Source: Magallana gigas (Eukaryota). From it: a DNA stretch of 64,000 nucleotides. Made by a program: the position numbers and the translations under genes. The notes beneath the pieces were generated by a model. That model ran no database searches. It was not told where the DNA came from and worked only from the letters and a program-made list of their open reading frames with translations. The stretch lies in NCBI RefSeq assembly GCF_963853765.1, contig NC_088859.1:50220001-50284000 (forward strand). The letters are read 5' to 3'. Positions 11,601-22,899 of the stretch are shown here, piece after piece; position 1 is the stretch's first letter, and the number at the start of each line of letters is the position of its first letter.

Positions 11601-13083
11601 TGTAAAATGGCTGGCATGGCACGTTTATAGGATCAAATTATGAGAGCGAATAGCATAAAAACCATCCGGTCAATTTCGTTTTAATTTGGCCAAAATGTTT
11701 ACTTATACTTAAACCTTTCATCGCTGAAAATTAAAAGAAAATCGTATGTTTGTAATTTTTTAAATATGAAATTGAAAATGAAAACCCTCATTTTCCAATA
11801 TAATCCTATATAGAATGTCGGTGATGAATCGGACATACGACCGAAATTTGATCGCGGCAAACAGATAAACTATCCGGTCAATTTACTTTATATTTTGCAC
11901 ATAGTTTTCTCATAAATTGGCATTTCACTGTAAAAAAAATTAAAGGAAATCGTATGTTTGAAACATTCCCCCCCGACACTCCTTAACCCCAACTACAGTA
12001 CCGATCAGACCCAACCTAACACCAGAGTAAACCCCATCTACAGTACCGATCAGACCCAACCTAACACCAGAGTAAACCCCAACTAAACCCCAGGTTTACT
12101 TTTTGGTTAACTCGAGGTTTACTCTTGGTTTACTTTTTGAAAATTTGGGTTTACTCGGGGTTTACTCTGGGTATTTTGAAATTGCTTTTGATGTCAATTG
12201 TATGCACTGAAGTGTGAAGCAGACGAGTATTTTAATCTTACTATCCTACTGCCTGTAATTCCCACCCCTTGTATATTCCGAATACAGAGTTAGCATCTGC
12301 TTTCAAGGGTATACTTCTGGCCAGGTTTACTCTCCGTGTCCACTCTGGGTTTACTTTGGGTTTAACTCTCGGTCCACTCTAGTAAACCCGAAGTAAACCC
12401 AGAGTAAACCCTGAAAGTAAACCCAGGGTTTAGTTTGGGTTTACTTTCTGTTAGGTTGGGTCTGATTGGTACTGTATATATAGTACATCTGCATACTATA
12501 TTAGTCAGAATTATAAGTAATGAGACAGTAACTGTACTTGTGTTTTGCTTTGCTTAGCACAATAGATAAAGTAAACATTACATTTGGCTTTGTATTTTTT
12601 GGTGGGCAGAATGCTGCTACTGCTAAATTAAGTACATCGCCTAATCTTAAGCATACATGTTTATTATATAATACGTTGATTCAGAAATTTGCTATATATT
12701 AAATCCATGCTTACCTGTTTACAAATTAGTACACGCTAAATATGTCGTTTCATCAATATTCGAAGAATACCAATTTTCGTGGAGTTCGTTGTAAAGTTGA
12801 TCCAAGTTGATAATGTTCATGAAAATGCAATTTCTTCTAACATTTTGTATTGATAAGATCATTGTCCAAAAATATACATATCCTTGAAACTGTGATTTTC
12901 ATTGAATCCACCGAAATAGATATCCAGGAATATTAATGAAACCACAGTACCCCATGTGCATTACATTAACTGTGACTTTTTCTTTATTCAGGATTCCGAG
13001 GAGGAGGAGGTGGAGGAGGATTCCGGGGTCGTGGAGGGGGAGGAGGAGGGTTCAGAGGTCGTGGGGGATTCAGGGGGAGGTAA
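3089..13083 (+). CDS. GAR1: H/ACA ribonucleoprotein complex subunit 1 (GAR1), 6 coding exons, 205 aa
   Basis: Exons 3089-3155, 4356-4439, 8652-8800, 8987-9046, 9210-9375 and 12992-13083 total 618 nt in frame. N- and C-terminal RGG tracts flank the Gar1 core [23 protein letters not shown]...[44 protein letters not shown]...[16 protein letters not shown]. Confidence 0.97.
3385..3482 (+). mobile_element. tRNA-derived SINE head or tRNA pseudogene
   Basis: A-box TAGCTCAGTTGG, D-stem GCTC/GAGC, stem CCTGA/TCAGG with an 8-nt loop, degenerate B-box GTACGAATCC. The acceptor stem does not close. Confidence 0.7.
3585..4050. repeat. Dispersed ~460 bp repeat; second copy at ~35720-36170
   Basis: TTTGCTTCCACCACTTTT...AATACCTTTGTGCTCAAACTA...GTATGTGTATTTTTATTAAAAA...TGATGGAAGCAAT is found colinearly at both loci. 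Confidence 0.8.
4737..4842. mobile_element. 106-bp fully palindromic MITE with 10-bp target-site duplication
   Basis: Arms AATCTAATTAAAATTAGACTTGTAATTCC / GGAATTACAAGTCTAATTTTAATTAGATT. The direct repeat CATGCAAAGG flanks it at 4727-4736 and 4843-4852. Confidence 0.85.
6008..7130 (+). mobile_element. Helentron-type non-autonomous element (HINE-like) carrying ~4.5 tandem ~166-bp satellite-like monomers
   Basis: Starts AACAAGAGGCCCATGGGCCACATCGCTCACCTGAG and ends CTCAGGTGAGCTTAAAA. The monomer CCCCATTGTGGCCCCACCCTACCCC...TTTCTGAGAAGAAGATTTTTAAAG repeats from ~6400 to 7110. Confidence 0.8.
8195..8597 (+). mobile_element. 3' end of a HINE-like element with (GACA/GACG)n microsatellite and terminal palindrome
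   Basis: CAGACGGACAGACAGACAGACGG... tract at ~8510-8566, followed by AGCTCACTTGAGCTTTCAGCTCAGGTGAGCTAAAAA. Confidence 0.75.
8801..8986 (+). other. U12-type (minor spliceosome) GT-AG intron in GAR1
   Basis: 5' site GTATCCTTT at 8801, branch site TTTCCTTGAC at 8967-8976, AG at 8985-8986, no long polypyrimidine tract. The flanking exons join in frame (RNF|YFS). Confidence 0.92.
9511..11982. mobile_element. TTAA-flanked DNA element with GG...CC termini (Kolobok-like, non-autonomous)
   Basis: TTAA at 9507-9510 and 11983-11986. Removing the insert restores the host 45-bp unit CCAGAGTTAACCCCAACTACAGTACC. Confidence 0.7.
9896..11451 (-). mobile_element. HINE-like element containing 8 tandem 180-bp monomers
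   Basis: Near-identical 180-bp units from ~9988 to 11435, a (GGCG)n microsatellite at ~9958-9978, the palindrome AACCGGGTTTTCCAACGGAAAAATCCGGTT at ~9910-9939, and a short inverted repeat AGTGAAATGG/CCATTTCACT at the ends. Confidence 0.75.
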
Positions 13084-14632
13084 CTCCATTGACAATCTAC
13101 CAAACATAGATTCAGGTCGTGTGCATTGTATGTTGCGAATTGTTATGTTCTCTACTGATGTTATGCTGGCAGACGATGTAAGGCATATTGGTTGGTTAAT
13201 GATGTGTTCATACATTGTTGAATAATGCATTGTTTTTTGTCATTTAAAGAAGATGAAACTCTTTTATTTTACTGAATCATGTGAAGAATCCTGTATAAAT
13301 GTTCACTGTAGAGGAGAGAAAGAGGTGATCAATAAATTGGTCATTTACAGTAGTACTGTACAATTCTATATTCATATTCATGTCCTATTTTTAGGACTCA
13401 TACGAAGTTTGTTACCTGTGTATCGCTTTGAAAATGTTGCAACATGCAGGATTTTATGAAATAAACAATTATACATTAAATGGACTACAATTATTTATGC
13501 AGTCGTTGTTAATCCACTGTAGCTGAGAAGTGAGTTTAACCTGATAAATTTTATTTGATAGAGGCTCTTGTTTAACATAGAAATAGGAATCATGTGATAC
13601 AGTGTATGACAAATACCAAAAATCACATCCATCAAGCATTTTTTGAGTGAGGTAGAACCATGCACGTTTTCTTAGCATCCTTGATAAAGGAAATAAAATC
13701 AAACTCCGGTATCTGAAGCTAGGCATAGTTTCAAATCCAAAGTTTCATGAACCATGAGACCAGTTGGTCAGGACATCCAGTATATTTCTTCCAACATTCA
13801 AACCTGCTTTGAATAAGTCAATAAACTTAATTACACCTGCTCCAGCATCCAGATATTCAAAGATCAAAAACTCTGAAACTACATGTACCTCTATTACACA
13901 TCAAAAGTTATACTGTGTAAGTCTGGGTATGAACAGGATTTACTTCCTGAAGTAACCAATCCCAATATAAGAAATAAATTCATGTAGATATTTAACCTGC
14001 CTTAGCATCTGGATATTAAATAATAAAGATCACTCTTCATATCTTGAACTAGCTCTGTGTTTCATCATGTAAGTTTTGAATAAGTAAGGACCATTATTTA
14101 CTTAAATATATGACAAAAACCTTAACCTCTTCCAGTTTTCTAAACCTATGGCTCAGATTCAGCATCCATGCTTGTCAAGTGTATCAGTGTCACAAGATGA
14201 ATCATTCATCTATAGCACTTAATTTGGTATCATGCATTTTTCACCCCCAAAATTAAAGTTCTAAAAAAATCTTTAAAAGTAATGCTGAATATAGTTGAAA
14301 TCATAATGAAAAATAAGTACCTATGTAAAAGGTTATCACCCCAATGATGTCATAATGTAGAAATGACGTACGTCATGAAGATTGTCTTATTTTGATCAAT
14401 AATTAATGACTGAAGCAAAATATGAGCATTTTCTGACTTTTTTTTTTGACTGGTCAAGATGGACCTCATGCTTTCTCAAGTACCATATTTAACAATCATG
14501 TGTATATGAACAAAAACTTATGTAAAAATCGTACTTGAGCAGACCTGCTCTCTATACTTCCAAATGGGCAAAATATGGAAGAATAATAACAATATTTATT
14601 TGTCTGCCTATCTGTCCGTTCACCATTAGTTT

Positions 14633-15523
14633 CATACTTGCCAACTGACCCGATTTCGTCGGGTCACACCCGATTTTTCAACCCTTCACCCGATTATTTT
14701 TCATGACCCGGCGGGTCATGCTTTTCACCCGATTTTTGTCGAACAACCTGAAAATCTCCCGATTTCCGGATTTGGTTCGTAAATTACGTTGCGTGTTTGA
14801 CTTCCAGTTATGAACCCAAGCTGTGCAAGCTGAGCTTGAATTTACGTAACGCGTAAACAATGCCGATGGCAATAACAGACACATTAAGTGTAATTATTAT
14901 CGTGAGTTGTTTAGACTAAGCGAAGGTTTAAATCATTAACTAAGTGTAATGGCTTCCAATAAGAAAAGGTCTTCATTGGGGCCAGCGGAATCAAAACCAA
15001 CAAAAAGAAAACGATATTTTTGTACCTATCAACATATCTGGGAAAATGAATTCCTATAGGTAAAACAAAGTAATCGAGTACAAAACGAGGCTTTTGCGTT
15101 CTATTTAACGCACATTTGAATATTGGATTGTGTGCCCAAAATGATCTGACTAAACATTCAAAAACGCCAAGTCATGAATAGAATGCTTTTAAATACACAA
15201 AAGTCTTCCAAGTCACTTACAACATTTACAGAGTTCAAAAGCAAGTTAATGAAGCAGAAACTCTTTGCATTTTTTTTTCAGCTGAACACAACCTACCATT
15301 TTCTGTGTCAGATCACTATACAAAATTCAAAATCAGCAACTGTTAGTTAAAATGCTTCTTTGCAATAAAGTATTACACATAAGTTTTAACACATTTTTAT
15401 TGTATATTCCTATGAAATGCATGATAAATATGTCGTGAATGTCGTTACGCGCTATGACCAGATTTTTTACTATCCAAATCTGGTCATGACCAGATTTTTA
15501 TGTGTTGGAGGTTGGCAAGTATG
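14633..15523 (+). mobile_element. Internally deleted hAT transposon (891 bp) with transposase remnants
   Basis: 13-bp TIR CATACTTGCCAAC/GTTGGCAAGTATG and a perfect 8-bp TSD ATTAGTTT (14625-14632, 15524-15531). Remnant peptides MASNKKRSSLGPAESKPTKRKRYFCTYQHIWENEFL* and AEHNLPFSVSDHYTK. Confidence 0.9.
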
Positions 15524-16569
15524 ATTAGTTTCCATACATTTTTCTTTGCAGAGGTTGCACAAATTGAAATAATTATCAAAATAATTTCTAGGTCATGTAC
15601 GATTTTGATGACAATAGAGCAATTTTCAACAGAGTAATGCCCCTTTGACTTAGAAAAAATCAAATTTTTTGCAGTTTTTGTTCATTCTCTTCTTGAACAC
15701 GTTTCCAGGGGGGGGGGGATAAGTGTTTCACAAATATCTCGTTTAATTTGTTTGCAAAATTGCAGGAATTCGCCCATTTGAGTGACATCATAAATGAAGC
15801 TATTAGACAATGATGATTAATCTCAAGATTATATATAATGATAGACATCCTCTGTATAATGTTTTATGAAGATTTGATTTTGATATGATACAATTTAAAA
15901 ATTGGTTAAATGAGGGGCAGATACATGTATTTGACCATAGCAAATGTCCTTTGGTGAAGATAACACCATTATTAACCTAGATATATTACATTGTCAAAGG
16001 GCGCCAGCTTTAAAATCCTTAAATTACCCCAATCATCCAAGGCTTAGATTCAGGTTTCCAGTCTCTCAAGCGTACATGTATCAAAAGATGCACCACCCAC
16101 GCAAGATTGAAGATAGAAACTGTAAAAGTTTCAAAATGGCCATTACAGGGCACCTGTTTCAAGTACTTTAATCTGCTCATATAAAAAACCTTAACCTCAT
16201 CCAGCATCAGAAATTAACGGTTCAGATTCAGCATCCAAGTCTGTTAAGTCCATATTTATGCCCAAGTGCACCATCCGTGCAAGGTTGGTGAAGATATGAC
16301 AAGTAATAACTTTGATACAGGACCTGTCCAAAAGCTTTAACCATGTTCAGATGCTGATGTCAAGGGCATAGCCCAATTTGTCTTGGTAAGAAAAAACATA
16401 GGTAATCACAGATTACAAAGCTCACCGAGACGAGACATCACCCTTATGAGACTTCACCTTTATGAAACCACCTTTATCCTATTAAACGAAAATCATACTT
16501 TTAATTTTGGATATTCATGGATTCTGTTTTGACACAGTACCGTATTTCATGTGTTAAAAAATTGTATGA

Positions 16570-17600
16570 TAATCATATGTTCATTTGTTAATCAATACAA
16601 TAATATAACATTAAATATTGCATCCTATCATATTTACAACATATATCATATAATACAATAAAATACCATAATAAACAATGATGAGATATGATATTGTAAC
16701 GTATGATATGACATTGTATTGTGTTATACGTTATTGTATTTGATCAAATAATACAATATCATTATATATAAAACAATATAGTATTATATTACAATATCAT
16801 ATTACATAATACATCATAACATTGAAACATATGATATTATATTGTATAATATAGTATGGTATTGTATGATACTGTAACATTTTTAATACATAATATGATA
16901 TTGTATCATATGATTCTAATGTAATATTATTGTTTTGATTAACAAATGAACATATGATTACAACATACAATTTTTTAACACATGATATAATTTGATACAA
17001 CATTGTATCATATCAAATGATACAATATTATGTGATAAAGTAAAATATAATATAATACAATATCATATTATACATATTGTATCATATGATACAATAATAT
17101 GTTTTACAATATCATACAATACAATTTCATGTGATGTGATAATAAATCATATTATAAACCAATATCATCTTATACAATATCGTATGATACAATATTATAT
17201 AATATAACAGTATCATATTATACAATTTCATGTGATAAAATTCTATATTTCAGAAACTAATATCATATTATACAATATCGTATGATACAATATCAAAGAA
17301 TATACAATATTGTATCATAGGATACAATATTATATTTTGCAATATCTTATGTTAGTATCATGTGATAAAATAATAAATTAATAATACAATATTATACAAT
17401 ACTGTATCATAATATACAATACTATTCATAACGATATCATGATACAATATCATAACATAAAATATAAAAAAAAATTGATACAATATCATATAGTATCATA
17501 TAACTTTTTATAATATTACATATGATATTATATTGTGTCATATTAAACAATATTGTTTCATACCAAACAATACTATATCATAGGAATCATGTTATATCAT
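16570..17600. repeat. ~1 kb extremely AT-rich cryptic simple repeat (ATATC/ATACA/ATAAT pentamer-like)
   Basis: Continuous degenerate ATACAATATCAT-type motifs with almost no G+C runs. Confidence 0.85.
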
Positions 17601-17619
17601 TTATCAACAAACACATCTA

Positions 17620-18900
17620 TCTATCGAGCAGGTTTGAGTGAGGTAAGAGATTTCTTTAGCATCCTTGATAATGGAGATCAGGCTCTGCATCTAAAGCAAC
17701 CTCTGCGTTTCATTTATAATATAGTTAAATCAACTATGCAAGCTATCATCTATAAAACATGTGACCTGTTCCAAAAAAACAGCACCTCATCCAGCATCCA
17801 AAACCAATAGCTCAGATTCAGCATTCAAGCCTGTCTGGTGCATCAGTATACATAAGACGCATTTCCATGCAAGTTTGAAGTTCAGACCAGTAATAACTAA
17901 GATATAATCATCAGAGAGCACTAGCAATTAAAACCTTAACATGCTCCAGCATCCGCAACCAGCATCCATGCCTGTTAGGTGCATCTGTATCATAAGACAC
18001 ACCATCCATTCAAGTTTGGTGATATCCTTGATAATGGAGATCAAGCTCTGCATCTGAAGCTTCCTCTGTGATTCATTCATTCTACAGTTTTATCAACTAT
18101 GCAAGTTTGAAATAGTACTATTATCTATTAAACATGTGACCTGTTCCAAAAAACTTAACCATATCCAGCATCTGAAACCAATGGCTCAGATTCAGCATTC
18201 AAGCCTGTCTGGTGCATCAGTATCATAAGACACACCATCCATGGAAGTCTGATGAAGTTAGGACAAGTAGTAACTAAGATATAATCATCAGAGGGCACCT
18301 GAAACAAAAACTTTAACCAGCTCTAAAAACCTTAACCTCCTCCAGCATCCGAAACCTATAGCTCAGATTCAGCACTCAAGCCTGTCTGGTGCATCAGTAT
18401 CATAAGACACACCATCCATGCAAGTTTGGTGAAGAACAGACCTGCAGTAACTTAGATATTGCTATCAAAGAGCACCTGCAACAAAAACTTCAACCTGCTC
18501 CAAAAATCTTAACCTCCTCCAGCATCCGAAACCAATAGCTCAGATTCAGCACTCAAGCCTGTCTGGTGCATCAGTATCATAAGACACACCATCCATGCAA
18601 GTTTGGTGAAGTACGGACCTGCAGTAACTTAGATAATGCTATCAAAGGGCACCTGCAACAAAAACTTTAACCTGGTCCAACAACCTTAACCTCCTCCAGC
18701 ATCTGAAATTTAGGACTCAGATTCAGCATCCAAGTCTTTCAAGTCCATAAGTAGGTCCAGATGCATCATCCATGCAAGTTTGGTGAAGATAGGACAAGTA
18801 ATAGCTTAGATACAGGACCTGCAACAAAAACTTTAACCAGGTCTGGACGCCTACGCCGACGCATAAGCTCCCCCTGACTTCATCCCGGTGAGCTAAAAAT
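17620..18900 (+). mobile_element. HINE-like element with ~177-bp tandem monomers; related fragments at ~13600-14220 and ~16180-16370
   Basis: GCTCAGATTCAGCA...CATCCATGCAAGTTTGGTGAAG recurs at 18184, 18361, 18538 and 18715. The end reads GGACGCCTACGCCGACGC...AGCTCCCCCTGACTTCATCCCGGTGAGCTAAAAA. Confidence 0.75.
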
Positions 18901-19893
18901 GAGCTAACAGTTCCAACTGTTAAAGATATTAATCTAATCTGTATAAAATAATTAATAGGATCAATGTTTTACAATGGTTTGAAAACTGGTCACCAACTGT
19001 AGGTTGCATGTTTTTTCTGGCTGTGTCCACTTTATAGGTTGAATATGAGATCACATATTCATGTTTATGATACTTTATGTAATCAAGCATCCTTAGTTAG
19101 GAGAAAGTATGCCATGTCTCAGAGCCCTGGCTTGAGGCTATTCAAATGACTGTTTGTTACCCTGAATAAATACTATAGGACTTGTACTGTGGTATATGTA
19201 ATCTCTTTAAATATGAATAATGGCTGTGAATTTGGTGTGTGTGTGTGTGTTTGGGGGGGGGGGGGGGATGGGACAAACCATACAACAACTAAACCAAATT
19301 GCAGACATTTAATTAAATGCATCTCGTATCATTTCTCCAATATTCACTTGAGGAAGAACTATATGCTATGGGCAAATTGTGTATATCTTCTCCTGTCTAA
19401 ACCAAAACCTTTAGTTACTCAAACCTTTATACCGGTAAGTGTCTGAACATATTTTTATGAATTTTATTTTATAATACTTCATGAAACAATGCATTAAAAA
19501 ATAGTTTTGTATAAAATACAACTCAAATTTTGTTACAAAAAGCTCCATGTAAATTTCACCTTTTTTGGGATACAAACAGCGTGAAAGTGTTTAGGTGCAA
19601 GACAACAAACTGTAAATAGCTTAACAATTAATTATAAATTGTTTGGCTAATAAACTAAAAAATGCCCATTCATGACATAGTCCATGAAATCTGAAAATAT
19701 TTTGAATGTCTATGATAATGTTCAATGTTCAAAGACTCGGCATTTGATTATAACATGTATAATGGATGTTTTGTACACGTTTGATGCAGTTGATGGATAA
19801 TGCACAATGAGCATCTTCAATTAAAAGCTACCATTTGGTCAAAGAGTGTTCAGCTACACAAGGATTTTGTTTTGAAACCTAATGAATTCCTTT

Positions 19894-21549
19894 CTACCGA
19901 CCACCAATTGGACTGCCTGAGAAGCACAGCTTCATCACATAAGGACTTTTGCCAGACGGATTAGGAATTGATGCGTGGTTTGCTAATGCCAGGGCATTGA
20001 CTGCTTCTTCAGTGTCTTTGAACTGAACCAAACCAGAGGAACTTCTGGCACTAGTGGCAGGAAACTGTTTTATTTTCTCGGGACACTCTGCTCCCATATT
20101 TGTAAAAACCTCTTCCAAAACCTTCTCCGACAACTCAGGAGGAACATTGAAATAATGAAGAACCTTGGTGGGGGCCATGATTCTGTTTTTGCTGGCTTGT
20201 TCTGGATTTGCGTATCGATTGTTTCTGCTGCCCATGAAGTCTTTAAAAGACGGTGTCCCATCAGGTAACTCGTATGGATTTGGAACATCTTGTAAAAATG
20301 CCTGTTTGGAAACAGCAAGAGTTAACTTACTTCCAAACAAAGTCACATGACTGAGATTCTGAATGCTCCTCTCAACAGCCAGCGAGTCTCCCATCTGAAT
20401 CATTGCAGATCCCTCTTTGCTCTTGAGGAACTTCACTCTGGCAACATTCCCATATAGGCAGAAAACATTAAACAGTCTGTCGCAGTTGACATGTTCTGGA
20501 TTTAAACCATACACCATGAGTACTGCCCCTTGAATCATGGCCCCTGGTGGCCCTCCTTGGTCCTGATACCCATGTGGAGGCATTGGTCTTCCATAACCTC
20601 CATCTTCATGCATGGGTGGAGGTGGTCCAGGCTTCCTGCCAAACCCTTCCTGACCATACCCAGCCTGCCTCTGGGGCATTCCTCCATAGCCCTGACTGAA
20701 TCCATCACCCTGGTCATACATCCCAGCCCCATATCCCCCACCCTGATAGCCCTGGTAGCCTTGAGTTTGGCCCGCTTCTCGTCCATATCCTCCAAATCCC
20801 CCCTGACCACCTGGACCAGGCCTCCTGTTGGATGGGGGAAATCCTCCGCTTGGTTCTGGTAGAAGAGGCATATTCCTGGGGGGAGCTGCCTCACTATTCA
20901 AGTTTGGATTGGTATAATCCCAGCTGCTTTGGTCATTTTTAAAAACATTCAGTTTATCTGTTTTTGCATACTCTATTTTCAGAGTGTTACAGTCGGAGTA
21001 TATATCAGCTCCATTTAAAGCTTGCTTTGCACGTTTGGCCGATTCTACGTCATCAAATTCCACCATGCTCTGCATACCACTCTTTCTAAAGATAACAATA
21101 CGCACCACCTGTCCATAGGGACTGCATATGGTGTGCATGATATCCACTGTGACGGGGTACTGGGGATTTAGGATCGTAAACAACAAAATGTGATTGGTCT
21201 GTTTGTTTTCTTCTTTTGGACCTGGTCTCTGAATGCGTTGACTGGTGGAATAATTGAAATATGCTGGCTGACCAGCGACAAAAATCTGGTTCTCATTTGA
21301 ATAATTTACACAGTTTGTGGCTCCCGAAATGTCTTCAAACTCGATCAAAGCTTGGTGTTTCTTTGGCATGAGTACTACACAGCTTACATTTCCAAACTGT
21401 TGAACAGCCCTTGTCAGGTCTCTCTCCATGATGTTGTCATATAAGCCTCGGACATGGACGACCGGTGAAGGAGATGGCTTGATTGGGTCTTCACTAGACT
21501 TGTCCATCCTCATGCGTTTGCTGGCATGATCTTCATACCCAGATGCCAT
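19894..21549 (-). CDS. HNRNPL: Heterogeneous nuclear ribonucleoprotein L, 551 aa, intronless CDS
   Basis: Single ORF with four RRMs: SPVVHVRGL...QALIEFED; NHILLFTILNPQYPVTVDIMHTIC...GADIYSDCNTLKIEYAK; VLMVYGL...DRLFNVFCLYGNVARVKFLKSK; PTKVLHYFNVP...MKLCFS. A Gly/Pro-rich linker lies between RRM2 and RRM3. Probable 5'UTR intron 22176-21558. Confidence 0.95.
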   Translation of the reverse strand: MASGYEDHASKRMRMDKSSEDPIKPSPSPVVHVRGLYDNIMERDLTRAVQQFGNVSCVVLMPKKHQALIEFEDISGATNCVNYSNENQIFVAGQPAYFNYSTSQRIQRPGPKEENKQTNHILLFTILNPQYPVTVDIMHTICSPYGQVVRIVIFRKSGMQSMVEFDDVESAKRAKQALNGADIYSDCNTLKIEYAKTDKLNVFKNDQSSWDYTNPNLNSEAAPPRNMPLLPEPSGGFPPSNRRPGPGGQGGFGGYGREAGQTQGYQGYQGGGYGAGMYDQGDGFSQGYGGMPQRQAGYGQEGFGRKPGPPPPMHEDGGYGRPMPPHGYQDQGGPPGAMIQGAVLMVYGLNPEHVNCDRLFNVFCLYGNVARVKFLKSKEGSAMIQMGDSLAVERSIQNLSHVTLFGSKLTLAVSKQAFLQDVPNPYELPDGTPSFKDFMGSRNNRYANPEQASKNRIMAPTKVLHYFNVPPELSEKVLEEVFTNMGAECPEKIKQFPATSARSSSGLVQFKDTEEAVNALALANHASIPNPSGKSPYVMKLCFSGSPIGGR

Positions 21550-22526
21550 GACTCAACCTACTATGACAAAATTGATTAACATCATAAGACATTTATTGTC
21601 AACCATATCATATATATCATTATGCTTTGTATCTTATACCCAAAATAGGGTTAATTACTGTGTAAGGAGATCAGTATTTGATAATCTTTTAACCAGGTCC
21701 ATTCTATGACATGGGACACTGAGAATTTAATGCAAATAAAAAAAACCCCCAAAACTACATCTTATTACACGTAATCTTCAAACAGTATAACATCTGACCA
21801 TCAAATGCATTTCAAAGGGATTTGAACAGACAAAATAGGACAATCAAGTTAATGAAATGGAGGTGTCTCACTTTCAGCCATATTGAATTAAGCATTGTGA
21901 TTATGGATTACTAATACTTGCTATTTGTTAACATTTGGAAGAAGTATTATATATATATAGAAGTTCTTTACTGTGGTAGTGACATACTATTATTGTACAT
22001 GTCCTTGTATATACAAAGATACGCGACAAAAAACAAGCTTGCGCGCCTTTTTATGCCTACTGACTTGTGAAAGGACTCGTACGACTCGGTCTACACAATG
22101 TACATACCACACAACAGAAAGTGGCATTTATAAAGCCAGTGTCTTCTAATATGTAATTTAATAACTGAACGCATACCTAAATATAATCGCCGTTTGTAAG
22201 AAATGCAAAAAAAAATCCTCAATTGAAATAGCAAAATCCTGCATGGACCGTAAACTTCCGGTGAATTACTTGAAGAGTTATCGACCTTGAGTGTGATCTA
22301 TGGAATAGCATTTGGATAATATTGCTATTGCACTATTTTAAAAAGACTGTGGCATTCCTTTCCAATAATGAAAATTACTGTAGAACAGAACGGTAGCTAA
22401 TGAGTTCGACCTCTCTACTCTTATTTCAACTTTATACGAATTTTATTTTTATGAAATGCAATTTTTATTTATGCTACACTGTAAATTGAAAAAAATTCAA
22501 AACGCTTATATTTCATAAGATTGTAC

Positions 22527-22612
22527 TTTATTCTCTTTTGAGAAGTGGACAGGTATAGCCTACACCCACTTCGCGTGTGGCTATGCCTGTCAACTTCTTA
22601 AAAGAGAATAAA
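22527..22612. repeat. ~85-bp hairpin element with CACTTCGCGTG loop region
   Basis: TTTATTCTCTTTTGAGAAGTGGACAGGTATAGCC / GGCTATGCCTGTCAACTTCTTAAAAGAGAATAAA are inverted arms. Confidence 0.75.
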
Positions 22613-22809
22613 CTGTACTTATGTCAAAGGTCCCATACAAACTTAAAAGTATACTTAATCAATATCTTAGATTATTGAAGTTGAATTTAGGAACGTAGCA
22701 TCGGCCTGGGGGTAGGGGCATCTTCGCTAGCCAAAGGGTCCCCCCTCCCGCCAATGAGAAAAGAAAGAAAGAAGAAAGTTAACCTTAAAATAAATGTTTT
22801 GAGTTATCT

Positions 22810-22816
22810 GCTTACA

Positions 22817-22883
<67 letters not shown>
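22810..22883. repeat. (CT)n microsatellite; a second tract at 24378-24430
   Basis: Directly visible perfect CT tracts. Confidence 0.97.
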
Positions 22884-22885
<2 letters not shown>

Positions 22886-22899
22886 ACCTGAACCTGAAA

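Larger units (their letters stand above)
9430..12474. mobile_element. TA-flanked TIR element (Tc1/mariner-like, non-autonomous) with 45-bp subterminal tandem repeats, interrupted by nested insertions
   Basis: TA|CAGTACCGATCAGACCCAACCTAACA at the left end and TGTTAGGTTGGGTCTGATTGGTACTG|TA at the right end. 45-bp units start at 9428 and 9473 and resume after 11986. Confidence 0.75.

Noticed and set aside
20070-20894. Short overlapping ORFs within the hnRNP L CDS
   Set aside because: Shadow frames of a G+C-richer coding region with no independent evidence.
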